A stretch of DNA of 64,000 bases from Amoebophrya sp. A120 (lineage: Eukaryota; Protista; Dinoflagellata): assembly GCA_905178155.1 (NCBI GenBank), contig CAJINV010000028.1:169235-233234 (forward strand). The letters are read 5' to 3'. Position numbers and translations under genes: made by a program. This document shows positions 24,490 to 36,746 of this stretch, piece after piece. Under the pieces are notes generated by a model, which did no database searches, was not told the origin of the DNA, and was given only the letters and a program-made list of their open reading frames with translations. The first letter of the stretch is position 1. Every line of letters begins with the position of its first letter.

Positions 24490-26577
24490 GAAGAGCTGGC
24501 GGCATTCAAGTGAGAAAAGCCGCCCCACTTCCAGGAGGAGACAACTTTGCCATGCGATTCGTGTGTGCGCAAACCGATGAACAAAAAACTCCTGTTGAAA
24601 GAATGTGAAGCGGATGGCAGGGCGCCAAAAAATAAAATAATCCAACTTGGGAACCGCTCAGTCTTCTTCCTCACGCAACGTTCACTGAAGACCTTGCCCA
24701 CACTCTTGCTGGTAGTCACATACAAACACGCTCATGTCCGTACTTCTGTATTGCTGAAACTGACTTCTGCGAGCTCAAGACAAGATAAACCCATCAGCGC
24801 CGGTGGTGTACTGTTCACATGAAAATGGCTGGGTCTCTCAATCTCGCCTTTGGAACTGGGTTCTCGGAATTCCAAATACAAGCAAAAAATTCAGAGTACA
24901 AGAAAGATGGCCCATTATACGCAAAAAACGCACTAAAAAATGCTTCGCTTGCGAAAACTCCTAGTACCTCGGGTCGCTCGGTCATCACTCTCAGCTACCG
25001 CCACCATCCACAGAAAAAAACGCGACGATTCAAAAAATCATTTCTCAAAAATCCGGCTCAGGTGAAAAAAAATGGCCACAGAAAAAAATATCCGAAGAAC
25101 AAATCAGTGCCAATCGACATTACAAGTAACTGCACTGTGGTCGTCTGCAGATTCATCTACAACCGAGTCGACAAATCAATGGTCTTGATGGTAAGCCGTA
25201 GCACTTGAAATGTGCAGCCTCAGACCCTTGCTACTACGTCAGAGTACTTAAGCAGCAATTTGATAAGAAAAGCAAGGTCAGCTTGGCTTTCATCTTTCGT
25301 TTTCTATTTCTAGCCGAGAGATCCCGTAATTTTTTTGTTCTTCGTCCCCGCCACGTGTACATGCTATACTTCATCTTTTCATATTTGGTGCTGGAGCAAC
25401 AGTCTGCCAAGCAGATTCGCAGATTTATTTTCTGTCCTTTTCATGTACTTTCGCAAAACAAGAACTTGTTTTCGTGCTTCTACTTAATCCCAGAGTTGCG
25501 CTATTCATCAAAATAGTCATGGTCTCTCGTCGTCGTTCTCGCACACTCTTCCTAGCTGCACCTCCCGCCATCCTCGCCGCCAGCACCGCTTCGAGCTACC
25601 ACGGTTCCAGATCCCGCTTCTCCGGGTGGAGGGAGCACGATGAGAGATTTTCGGCTAGCCTGCGGGTGCGACGACGCAAGTGCGGCCTGGATGGTCAATG
25701 CGTCCTGGATGCACATGTGCGTCCTCGTCTCGGCCTCCCATCGCGGATTGAAATGAGGTTTACGCTTACCCCGGTCCAGCGAGACTTGGTTTTCTTGTTT
25801 CATCAATTGGAGCGAGTCTTGCACGGTTCTTGACGACGCGGGGGAGCTAAAGGGCTGGAGGGAGGTGTACAGCTGAGGGAATTTAACATGAACTTGGAGG
25901 TCATAGCAGAAGTAGAAGCCGTGTCCTCTTGATGTCAACATCTTTGCGACCGCCGGGTTTATGAAGATCAGCACCTGCGTATCCGTCCCGGTTGATGTAC
26001 TCACTGGTACTTTTCACACCCTGACTTCATCTCCTCTCCGAACGGTGACGGGAAAAAAACCGCTGCGACCCAGAGTTGCAGGTCAACTGCGGCAGCCGCA
26101 ATGTTAACCTGGAGTGCAAACGAAAACGGTAAGCTTGGACAACGGCGTCATCATGTTGTTCTGAGAAGCGGTCACTTTTCATGCTTTCTCTCCGCTCGCG
26201 CGACCCGGCGAACCGCCAGCGCTGCGTGCGCAGCTTCAGTACCAGCGCTCTCACTCTCAAAAGCGTCTCCCGCTCATTGTCCGTCTTACAGACCTGTCTC
26301 TCAGAATTTCGCTCGCAGTTGTCAATGATCCAGATGCAAGATCTGCGGAAGACGCCGCTCGCCTGCTGGCTGCACTCGCAGCTGTGCAAGTTATTCGCCT
26401 AGAGCTTCTACTTTCGCTCACTACTTTTGCCCTCAAGAAGCTCGCTGCGCGTGGTGCTTTTGTGCAGAGAGCTACAGAAACACATATGTACACAGATACG
26501 AAAGACGCCGCGTTCGTTAGGTCGCAGCCGTGTGGCTGGAACTGCAGACATAAAACAACGACAACGAATACGGCAAC

Positions 26578-27123
26578 GGCCTACACAACAGCAGGCCACG
26601 GACCGCATGGTCAGAGGAGAGCTCGCCCCCAGGCAAAGATAACGAATTATCAGCACCCGGCCAGCCGCGAATGAATAGCGGCAAAGCCGGCGTGCAGACG
26701 CCCGGGGGTAAGCGGGTTACTGGCTACGGGCCCAGATGAACGTCGGGCCCGCGCCAAAGAGAGACAATGAGCGGGCCCTGACAGTAGTAACATCGGGCCC
26801 GCGCAGCAGGCAGGTGTAACGGGCCACAAAAATCGGGCCCGCCCCTTGAACCTGCCTCGTGTTGTAATTCTTCACAGGAAGCGCGCATCGCATTCGCAGG
26901 CGCGTGTGAACGAGGACGCCGCCCTACTAGTAAGCCTCCGGGCGGCAAGAGGGTGCACAAGCACAATGGGCAGGCCCCGCAATCGGTGCGGGGCGGCCCT
27001 GGCGATAGGGGCGCGCCCAAAAAGGGCAGGCGCCGAAGTTGGCGGGCCCGCACCGCAGACACGCGGGGGGCCCGTAACTCATTACACAAAGGGCAAACCC
27101 CGCAGACGGCGCGGGGCGGCCCC
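26578..27123 (+). ncRNA. Putative structured RNA scaffold, copy 5
   Basis: Same stems as the other copies. Confidence 0.6.
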
Positions 27124-27257
27124 AAACGCAAAGGCTGGAGTCTTGGCGCCGCGGTTGCGCTCGTCCTTATTCAACAACTCTCCGAGTTGAGTTCTACAAC
27201 GAACCGCCGCCCGCCACTCTATCTCAGAGAACTCCTCAGGGCTGATCGCGGCAACTG
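27124..27257 (-). pseudogene. Variable insert 5: coding-like fragment
   Basis: Minus frame AISPEEFSEIEWRAAVRCRTQLGELLNKDERNRGAK is open; LLNKDER echoes LSQDER of inserts 6 and 8. Confidence 0.4.
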
Positions 27258-29478
27258 CTCGAGCGGCGCAGCACAGCTTGCAGATGGAAACGCACCACTT
27301 TGCATCGCCGGGCAAATGATGCCGCAACGTGCTGACCTGCTGCTCGCTGGTAAATGCGCAATGCGCAATACAACCGCGACTGCGCGAAATGTCCGACTCG
27401 ACGGCCGCGCATGTTGCAACAGGAAAAGTGTCGTGCTTTATTCTGCGTCAAATTGCAAAACGTATCACCACACTATGTGTGCAGGCTTCGTTTAGTTGGG
27501 TATGGGTTGGGTGAAAAAAAAATAGCAGACGAAAGAATTTGGTAATTCGCTTCGAGAAGATCTCTCAAACCTGCTGTTGCTAGCACTCCAGGGCATTGTA
27601 AAATCTGAAAAAAAAAACAAACTTATCTGGCACGGACAGACGCCTGTGCCGGTAGTCATACACAGTGGTCATGTCGTCTATCAAACATCTCGGTAGAAGT
27701 GATGAAAACAAAAACATCGTGCTCAAATGAGTCACCGGTTTGCACATCACGTCAAATAAATAGGACTCTCGGTCTCTCTTCCTGCTCGAACTTCCCAAGA
27801 CAGCGGAGCGAAGTCATATGTCTAGACCAACACCGCACTCAAACTCAGTATTGCGGATGAGCAAAGACAACCATCGGTTCGCTCATTCACTCTCAGCTGC
27901 CATCCTCTTCCACAAAATGAAAATCAAAAAAAGTCGCGAGCGCCAGCGCGAGGAAAAAAGTATTAATATCTCAGAAAAACTCAAAAAAAAATAGTTGCAT
28001 TGACGAAACCGGTACCGCGGGAGAACAATTCCTCGGTTAACTAGTAACCGCGTTCGTTGCGATTGCGGGCGACACTCCCGCAAGCTGTAGCTGCCTCGTC
28101 CACAAATTTACAATCATGCTGAAGTTGATGCTGGTAGTCCAGAGGACCCAATGTCTTTTGCTTTTCACCTGGTTAACTGCAAGGAATTTTGTGTCACTTC
28201 CATCTACTTGTTGTGCAAGACGTGTCCTTCTTGTAATCGCTGCGTTGAATCGATACAATGAAAGCATATTTCCGCCGTAGCACTCGTCCTTACAAACTCG
28301 TCCTAGCAGCAGATCCCGCCACTCTCGTCACCAGCACCACCTCTAGCAACCGTAGTTCCAGATCCAGGTCCTCAGGGTGGAGGAAATGCGGCGAAAGACT
28401 CCCGTTGACTGCGAATGCGAGGGTGCGGTCGTTCTGAATGCACGTGTGGTGGTCTTCCCCAGAAGTCGTGAAACGAAATAGCGTGGTTTCCCGCGATTGC
28501 AGACCAGTCGTCATCCACGGTCTCAATCGCGGCAGGGTTCGCACGGTTCTTCTTCAGCGCGCCGAGGATCTGAAGCAACGGAGCGAAGCGTGCAGAGGGG
28601 TAAAATGGTCGTCTGAGTCGTTGTAGGAGAAAGAGCCGTTTCATCTTGACATCATCTTCCGCACCGGCTTCTTGTTGAGCACCAACTGCGTGTGGTCTGT
28701 GCCGGACGATGTACTACTCCCTGGCGGCGCCGTCTTCTTATTCCTATTCGCATCGTCGCGTCCTCTCTTCCACCCCGACTACACCAGAATAAAGCAATCC
28801 GCTGAAGCGGAACGGAGATGCACCGACAAGCACCCAAGCTACGTCCAGCTGCAGTGTGCTGTGCAAACGGGAACCAAGGAGCTCTGCGTCATCATGTTTA
28901 TTCCCGAAGCCAATTGTATGCTTCTTGGATCAGTTATTCTTCTTGCTCGCTCTCCGCAAGCCGCCCAAGCTGCAAACACGGCTGCTTGCATCTCTCTTCT
29001 ACCCTTTCTCCTCACTCTGTCCCGGAAAAATCACGGCTCACTCAGACAGGCAACACTTCTTTGGTGCCTGCCTCACTGGTGGGGCTCGCTTCGCTCGAGC
29101 TTCTTTGCCCAAATCAGTCTCTCAACCAAGATCAAGAAGAAGCATCTCAACAACAAGAATGAGAATCCAAATCCCTTTGCGACACAACACCACCAGCAGC
29201 AGCAGGTGGGAAAATAAGCAACGCCTCACTCGTTGCTTCAGATGCACCATTTGCAAGCGCAGGTATTAATAGATGCCGTTGCCATGCTCTTGCTCCGACT
29301 GGTCGTTGTCCTCAGTATTCAGACTTTGCGTACCACAGGAAAAAACACAAACACACGACGACATGAAAGAACAACCGCAACAAATCGAGAGGCCGCCCAA
29401 AAACTTGGGTAGCGTCAGTCCTCTTGTCGGGACGGGTTTTGCGAGATTGATATCAACGACAAACACCAAAGCGGCGAG

Positions 29479-30033
29479 GGCCTGCACAACGGCAGTCCAC
29501 GGACCGCATGATCAGAGGAGAGCTCGCCCCCGGGCAAGGATAACGAATTACGATTACCAGCACCCGGCCAGCCGCGAAACAACAGCGGCAGTGCCGGCGT
29601 GCAGACGCCCGGGGGTAAGCGGGTTACTGGCAACAGGCCCAGATGAACGTCGGGCCCGCGCCAAAGAGAGACAACGAGCGGGCCCAGACTAGTAACATCG
29701 GGCCCGCACAGCAGGCAGGTGTAACGGGCCAGAAAAATCGGGCCCGGTCCTTGAGCCTGGCTTGCGTATAGAATTACTCACAGGAAGCGCGCATCGCATT
29801 CGCAGGCGCGTGTGAGTGAGGACGCCGCCCTACTAGTTAGTAAGCCTCCGGGCGGCAAGAGGGTGCACAAGCACAATGGGCAGGCCCCGCACTCGGTGCG
29901 GGGCGGCCCTGGTGATAGGGGCGCGCCCAAAAAGGGCAGGCGCCGAAGCTGACGGGCCCGCGCCGCAGACGCGCGGGGGGCCCGTAATTCATTACACAAA
30001 GGGCACGCCCCGCCGTGAGCGCGGGGCGGCCCC
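29479..30033 (+). ncRNA. Putative structured RNA scaffold, copy 6
   Basis: Same stems; loop variants gaaacaaca and cgtgagc. Confidence 0.6.
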
Positions 30034-30455
30034 GATGTCCTGCTAGTTAGTCTGGCGACGACGCAGCGGCGGCATTGCGGGCGATCCGGCGTTCATCCTG
30101 CGAGAGTATCACACAGAAAAATACTGGCAGGCTACATTTGGAATGCAAAAATAAAGATCCAGTAGAATGGCACGAGGGCGCGCATGACAGATTTTTCTGT
30201 GTCTTTCTGTTTGCATTACAGTTATGCCCTGCCAGCTTTTTTCTGTGGGATAGAAAGTTGGCCTTCATCATACGGGTTGACTCCCCTTAGGCACTTGTAG
30301 CACCCGACCGCTAGGCGGGTCGGGTGCACCCCCGGAGGAAGTACACGGCTTGCCACAAGGCATAGCCGGCATTTTGGAGATTCCGGCTGGGGCAACCCGT
30401 AAGGGCCGGTGCCGTCATGTCCTCTTGGAGTTGCACACAGACGAACCGCCTCTTT
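30034..30455 (-). pseudogene. Variable insert 6: zinc-finger gene fragment with retained introner
   Basis: PKCRLCLVASRVLPPGVHPTRLAVGCYKCLRGVNPYDEGQL|SQDERRI; paralog of insert 8, differing largely at synonymous sites. Confidence 0.8.
30107..30252. mobile_element. TIR introner inside insert 6
   Basis: tatcacacagaaaaatactggcagg ... cctgccagcttttttctgtgggata; removing it plus 5 nt restores the frame. Confidence 0.85.
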
Positions 30456-32246
30456 TGTATAGAAGGAAAAAAACCAAACATCTCGGTAGAAGTGATGAAA
30501 ACAAGCACATCGTGCTCAAATGAGTCACCGGTTTGCTCAACACGTGAAAATAGGACTCTCGGTCCCTCTTCCTGATCGAACTTCCCAAGACAACGGAGCG
30601 AAGTCATATGTCTAGACCAACACCGCACTCAAACTCAGTATTGCGGATGAGCAAAAACAGCCATCGGGTCGCTCATTCACTCTCAGCTGCCGTCCTCTCC
30701 CACAAAATGAAAATCAAAAAAAGTCGCGAGGAAAAAAATATTAATATCTCAGAAAAACCCAAAAAAAAATAGTTGCATTGACGAAACCGCTACCGCGGGA
30801 GAACAATTCCTCGGTTAACTAGTAACCGCGTTCGTTGCGATTGCGGGCGACACTCCCGCAAGGTGTCTCCACAAATTTACAATCATGCTGAAGTTGATGC
30901 TGGTAGTCCAGAGGACCCAATGTCTTTTGCTTTTCACCTGGTTAACTGCAAGGAATTTTGTGTCACTTCCATCTACTTGTTGTGCAAGACGTGTCGTTCT
31001 TGTAATCGCTGCGTTGAACCGATACAATGAAAGCATATTTGTGCCGTAGCACTCGTCCTTACAAACTCGTCCTAGCCGCAGATCCCGCCACTCTCGTCAC
31101 CAGCACCACCTCGAGCAACCGTAGTTCCAGATCCAGGTCCTCAGGGTGGAGGAAATGCGGCGGAAGACTCCGGTTGACTTCTGCGAATGCGAGGGTGCGG
31201 TCGTTCTGAATGCGCGTGTGGTGGTCTTCCACAGAAGTCGTGAAACGAAATAACGTGGTTTCCCGCGATTGCAGAACAGGCGTCATCCACGGTCTCAATC
31301 GTGGCAGGGCTCGCACGGTTCTTCTTCAGCGCGCCGAGGAACTGAAGCAACGGACCGAGGCGTGCAGACGGGTAAGATGGTCGTCTGAGTCGTTGTAGGA
31401 AAAAGAGCCGCTTCGTCTTGACATCATCTTCCGCACAGGATTCCTATAATTGAGCACCAACTCCGTGCCCGTGCCGGTCGATGTACTACAACTCTTTGCT
31501 GGCGGCACCGTCTTATTCACATCGTGGCGTCCTCTCGTCCCCGACGGCAGATTAGAGCAAGCCGCAGCAGAAGTGGTTCAGAAATGCAGCTGCAAGGACT
31601 CCACCTACGTCCAGCTCCAGCGCACTGTGCAAACGAAGACGGAAACCTACGGACCTCTGGCGCGTCATCATGTTTATTCCTATTCGCGAAGCCAATTATG
31701 CTTCTTGGATCACCTACCCTTCTTGCTCGCTCTCCGCAAGCTGCAAACACGGGTGCTTGCATCTCTCTTCCACCCTTCGTACTCACTCTGTCCCGGAAAA
31801 ATCACGGCTCACTCAAACAGGCAACACTTCTTTGGTGTCTGCCTCATTGGTGGGGCTTCGCTCGAGCTTCTTTGCCCAAGTCAGTCTCTCAACCAAGATC
31901 AAGAAGAAGCATCTCAACAACAAGAATGAGAATCCAAATTCCGTTGCGACACAACAGCACCAGCAGCAGCAGGTGGGAAAATAAGCAACGCGTCACTCGT
32001 TGCTTCAGATGCACAATTTGCAAGCGCAGGTATTAATAGATGCCGTTGCCATGCTCTTGCTCCGAGTGGTCGTTGTCCTCAGTAATCAGACTTTGCGCAC
32101 CACAAGAAAAAAACACAAACACACGACGGCATGAAAGAACAACTGCAAAAAATCGACAGGCCGCCCAAGAACTTGGGTAGTGTCCGTCCTCTTGTCGGGA
32201 GGGGTTTTGCGAGATTGATATCAACGACAAACACCAAAGCGGCAAC

Positions 32247-32789
32247 GGCCTGCACAACAGCAGGCCGCGGACCGCATGGTCAGTGGAGAGCTCGCCCCCG
32301 GGCAAGGATAACGAATTACCAGCACCCGGCCAGCCGCGAAACAACAGCGGCAAAGCCGGCGTGCAGACGCCCGGGGGTAAGCGGGTTACTGGCAACAGGC
32401 CCAGATGGACGTCGGGCCCGCGCCAAAGAGAGACAATGAGCGGGCCCAGACTAATAACATCGGGCCCGCGCAGCAGGCAGGTGTAACGGGCCAGAAAAAT
32501 CCGGCCCGCCCCTTGCGCCTGGCTTGTGTATGTAATTACTCACAGGAAGCGCGCATCGCATTTGCAGGCGCGTGTGAGTGAGGACGCCGCCCTACTAGTT
32601 GTTAAGCCTCCGGGCGGCAAGAGGGTGCACAATGGGCAGGCCCCGCGATGGATGCGGGGCGGCCCTGGAAATAGGGGCGCGCCCAAAAAGGGCGGGCGCC
32701 GAAGCTGACGGGCCCGCGCCGCAGACACGCGGGGGGCCCGTAATTCAGCACACAAAGGGCAAGCCCCACAGACGGCGCGGGGCGGCCCC
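32247..32789 (+). ncRNA. Putative structured RNA scaffold, copy 7
   Basis: Same stems, loop variants, one stem mismatch in the last hairpin. Confidence 0.6.
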
Positions 32790-33396
32790 GAAACTAGGCG
32801 GCCGGCGGAAGCGCGCAACTATGTGGCGTCTCTCCGCAAAGAGCGCAGGGTCTTCCCCTTTGGCAGGTTAAAGACATGCCGCAGCGCTCCAAAGGATCCT
32901 GCCAGGCTTGTATGGTACAGAAAGTAGCAGTCGAGGCGGATTTGTTGGACAAAAATGGAACAGCAGAAACATCCGTCATGCTCATGGGCAAGCTCCTCCT
33001 GGCATGCTGCTTAAGCGCGGATCATTTTTCTCGATGCTTATTGTTGCACAACAAATGTGCCCCGCCTGCTCTTTTCTGCGGGATACCGCTTCGCCGCGGC
33101 CGCGCGGAAGAAGGTGGCTCGTTTGCTCGGCATGTCGGCCGAGGCCGGCCAAAGCACCCGCGTTGGGTCCCCGGTCGCTGCCAGGAGCTGCGGGTATCGA
33201 GCTGTTTATTCCCCACCGTGATGGTGATAGTACACCACGACGCCGGCTCGCACCGTTGTGCCCCAGCGCTTACACCGGAGGCATCGCAACCCGTCAGCGG
33301 ACGCCGCGGCTGGGCTATCTCCGTAAGGCCGGAGACGCCTCGGACTCGGCGGAGCCACTGGCAGGAAAATACGAATGATGTGCTGCCCGCCGTGAC
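32790..33396 (-). pseudogene. Variable insert 7: decayed tyrosine-recombinase catalytic-domain-like fragment with retained introner
   Basis: Box I-like LRP/TEIAQPR (frameshifted), VVVYYHHHGGE*TARYP, VLWP, then across the introner AKR|LAGSFGALRHVFNLPKGKTLRSLRRDAT, like the YR Box II (H/Y)SLRRGGAT. Confidence 0.55.
32911..33085. mobile_element. TIR introner inside insert 7
   Basis: tatggtacagaaagtagcag ... ctgctcttttctgcgggata (imperfect TIR). Confidence 0.7.
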
Positions 33397-34436
33397 GCGA
33401 CTATGTCCGACGCGGCGGCCGCGCATTTTGCGACAAGAAAACTTGAAGTGTCGCGCTTCATTCTGCGTCAAGTTGCAAACCGCATTACGACACTATGTGT
33501 GAAGGGTTTGTGTGATTGGATTGAAAAAAATGAAAACAAGTAAATAGCAGACGAAATGAAGTAAAGTAATATAAATGTAACATTCGAACTATTCAGAAGA
33601 TTTCTCCAACCCACCGTCGGTGGTGCCACGGCGTATGGTAAAACCTGAAAAAAAAACAAAAGCTTCTCTCTTCTCTCTAGCTTGCGGACTGTCACTCCGC
33701 GAGCACGCGACGTTCACTAAATATCTTGCACACGACGCAGTTTGCGGCGGTACCCGTACACAGCGGTCATGTCCATCACCATCTCGGTATTTATGAAAAA
33801 AAAGTTCTTCGAGCTCAAATGAGTCACTCTCACTTCACTCGTTTGCTCAACAAATAAAAAAAGGACTCTCGGTCTCGCCCCCTGATCGAAATACCCGACA
33901 ACACGGAGCGAAGTCATGTTTCTACGCCAACAACGAACTCAAACTCAGTGGTGTGGATGACGATGAAGAAACACATGCATTGGGTTGCTCATTAATTCTC
34001 AGCTGCCGCCCTCTTCCACAAGATTAAGTAACCGCGAGGGCAGCTGAAAAAAACAGCTCAGAAAAGTTCGAAAAAAAAACAACGTAAGAGGAAGAACAGC
34101 TACGGAACAATTCCTCGGTTAGGCTTACTGACTTACTTGCGTCTATCAGCGACTTCCGCAAAAGCCTCATATTTACGAATCATGTTTATGGTAGTCCAGA
34201 TTACAACGTCCGGGCTTTTCCTTTTGAGCCGACCATTCCTTGTCTCCTGTACGGAACGTCAGGTGACTTCCATCTACTTTTGCACGAAGCCGTGTCCTGT
34301 GCTTCTGCTAGCTTTCAATCAAATTCACTCAGTCGAGTCAACAAATAAACAATGCGCGCATAGTTGCGTAGTTGTCGTCCTCATAAATAAACTGTGCCTA
34401 ACAGCACCCCCCGCCGTCCTCGTCACCAGCACCATC

Positions 34437-34762
34437 TATCAAAAGGAAAAATCCCGCCTCCCCATATCAAAAGGAAGTTTCTGATGCTGGATCTGCGTAC
34501 ACAAATCAGCTTTGTATTGCAGAGAGGCACTGCGGACAGATCTCCAGGCTAGATAGGGGCGTATGCATGTGTCTAGTTGTTTAGCATGGCAAACGGCTCC
34601 CCTTTAGGCCCAACAGCATGACAAATCGCCTCTGTAATGGGGGCAAAGCTTTTGCCCCTGTCTTTTTGCAAGACAGATGTGATTTGTGACCTCAAATCAG
34701 CAACGCAAATTTTCAGAAACAGGCCTTTTCGATATGGGGAGGGGGGATTTTTCCTTACAATA
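34437..34762. mobile_element. TIR element (introner family) in the spacer of cassette 7, 5-bp TSD ccatc
   Basis: ccatc|tatcaaaaggaaaaatcccgcctcccc ... ggggagggggggatttttccttacaata|ccatc-type ends; the equivalent site is empty in other spacers (~17025, ~22665). Confidence 0.9.
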
Positions 34763-35690
34763 CCATCTCGTGCTACCGCAGTTACAGACCCCGCTTCTCA
34801 GGGTGGAGGAAGTACGACGAGAGATCTTCGGCCAACTGCAAATCCGAGGATGCGATCGTCCTGAATGCACATGTACGTCTCGGCCTCCCATCACGAAGCG
34901 AAATGAGGTTTGCCGCGGTCCGAAGCGGGTCCGCACTCTTGTTTCATCCAATAACGCAAGTTTTGCACGGTTCTTGACGACGTGAGAGCGCAGGAGGGAG
35001 TTGTTGGTGTACCGAGGGAAAAGAACATGAATGCTGGATTTCGTAGGAGAAGTAGAAGCCGTGCCTGTGTCCTCTTGATATCAACGGAGTACCTTTGTAT
35101 CCGTCCCGGTCGATGTACTCACTGGTACTTTTCACACTCTGACTTCATCTCCTCTCCGAACGGTGACAGGAAAAAAACCGCTGCGACCCAGAGTTGCAGG
35201 TCAACTGTGGCAGCCGCAATGCTAACCTGGAGTGCAAACGAAAACGGAAAACGTGGACAAGGGCGTCATCGTGTTGTTTTGAGAAGCGGTCACTTTTCGT
35301 GCTTTCTCTCCACTCGCGCGACCCGGCGAGCCGCCAGCGCTCGTGCGCAGCTTAGCGGCAACGCTCTCAGCACTCTCAAAAGCGTCTCCCGCTCATTGTC
35401 CGTCTTGCGGACCTGTCTCTCAGAATTTCGCTCGCAGTCAATGATCCAGATGCAAGATCTGCGGAAGACGCCGCTCCACCGCTGGCTGCAAGCGCAGCTG
35501 TGCAAGTTGTTCGCCTAGACCTTCTACTTTCGCTCACTTTTGCCCTCAAGAAGCTCGCTGCGCGTGGTGCTTTTGCGCAGAGAGCTACAGAAACACATAT
35601 GTACACAGATACGAAAGACGCCGCGTCCGTTAGGTCGCAGCCGTGTGGTTGGAGCTGTAGACACAAAACGACAACGACGCATGCGGCAAC

Positions 35691-36234
35691 GGCCTGCAAA
35701 CAGCAGGCCACAAACCGCATGGTCAGTGGAGAGCTCGCCCCCGGGCAAAGATAACGAATTATCAGCACCCGGCCAGCCGCGAATGAATAGCGGCGAAGCC
35801 GGCGTGCAGACGCCCGGGGGTAAGCGGGTTAATGGCAACGGGCCCAGATGAAGGTCGGGCCTGCGCCAAAGAGAGACAATGAGCGGGCCCAGACTAGTAA
35901 CATCGGGCCCGCGCAGCAGGCAGGTGTCACGGGCCAGAAAAATCGGGCCCGCCCCTTAGGCCTGGTTTGTGTATGTAATTACTCACAGGAAGCGCGCATC
36001 GCATTCGCAGGCGCGTGTGAACGAGGGCGCCGCCCTACTAGTAAGCCTCCGGGCGGCAAGAGGGTGCACATGCACAATGGGCAGGCCCCGCATTCGGTGC
36101 GGGGCGGCCTTGGCGGAAGGGGCGCGCCCAAGAAGGGCAGGCGCCGAAGCTGACGGGCCCGCACCGCAGACACGCGGGGGGCCCGTAATTTATTAGACAA
36201 AGGGCAAGCCCCGCAGATGGCGCGGGGCGGCCCC
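35691..36234 (+). ncRNA. Putative structured RNA scaffold, copy 8
   Basis: Same stems as the other copies. Confidence 0.6.
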
Positions 36235-36318
36235 AAAATTAAGCGACTGGCGGGGAAATCCTCCGAGAATTCTGCTGCGGCTATAACAGGCCACGAACCT
36301 GCGCTCGTCCTGAGAGTG

Positions 36319-36464
36319 TATCACACAGAAAAACGCTGGCAGGTTACATTTGGAATGCAAACATAAAGATCTAAGAAAATGGCACGAGGGCGCCCATGAC
36401 AGATTTTTCTGTGTATTTCTGTTTTCATCACAGTTATGTCCTGCCAGCTTTTTTTTGTGGGATA
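36319..36464. mobile_element. TIR introner inside insert 8 (same codon position as 30107-30252)
   Basis: Same TIRs and 146-bp length as the insert 6 element. Confidence 0.85.
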
Positions 36465-36622
36465 GACAACATGCCCTCGTCGAAGGGATTCACCGGCCTC
36501 AGGCAGCGGTAGCACGCGATGGTCAACCTGGTGGGGTGGATTCCCGGAGGAAGTACACGGCTTGCCACGAGGCAGAGCCGGCACTTAGGCAGAGCCGGAG
36601 GCGGAATGGTTTTGCAATGATT

Positions 36623-36746
36623 TATCCTGAGGAAAAACGTGCCCAGCACCTTCCTGTCGGTCGAATCTGCATGCGCGGAATGGTGTTCATGCGCGACAGC
36701 AGCGGGCTGGCGTTATGGTGGGGCAGGCACGTTTTTCCACGGGATA
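36623..36746. mobile_element. Second TIR introner inside insert 8
   Basis: tatcctgaggaaaaacgtgcc ... ggcacgtttttccacgggata. Confidence 0.85.

Noticed and set aside
15168-36236. ORF-track proteins over scaffolds and spacers (e.g. MNVGPAPKRD..., MCVITHRKRA...)
   Set aside because: Open frames come from high GC; indels between copies break the frames and variation follows loops, not codons.
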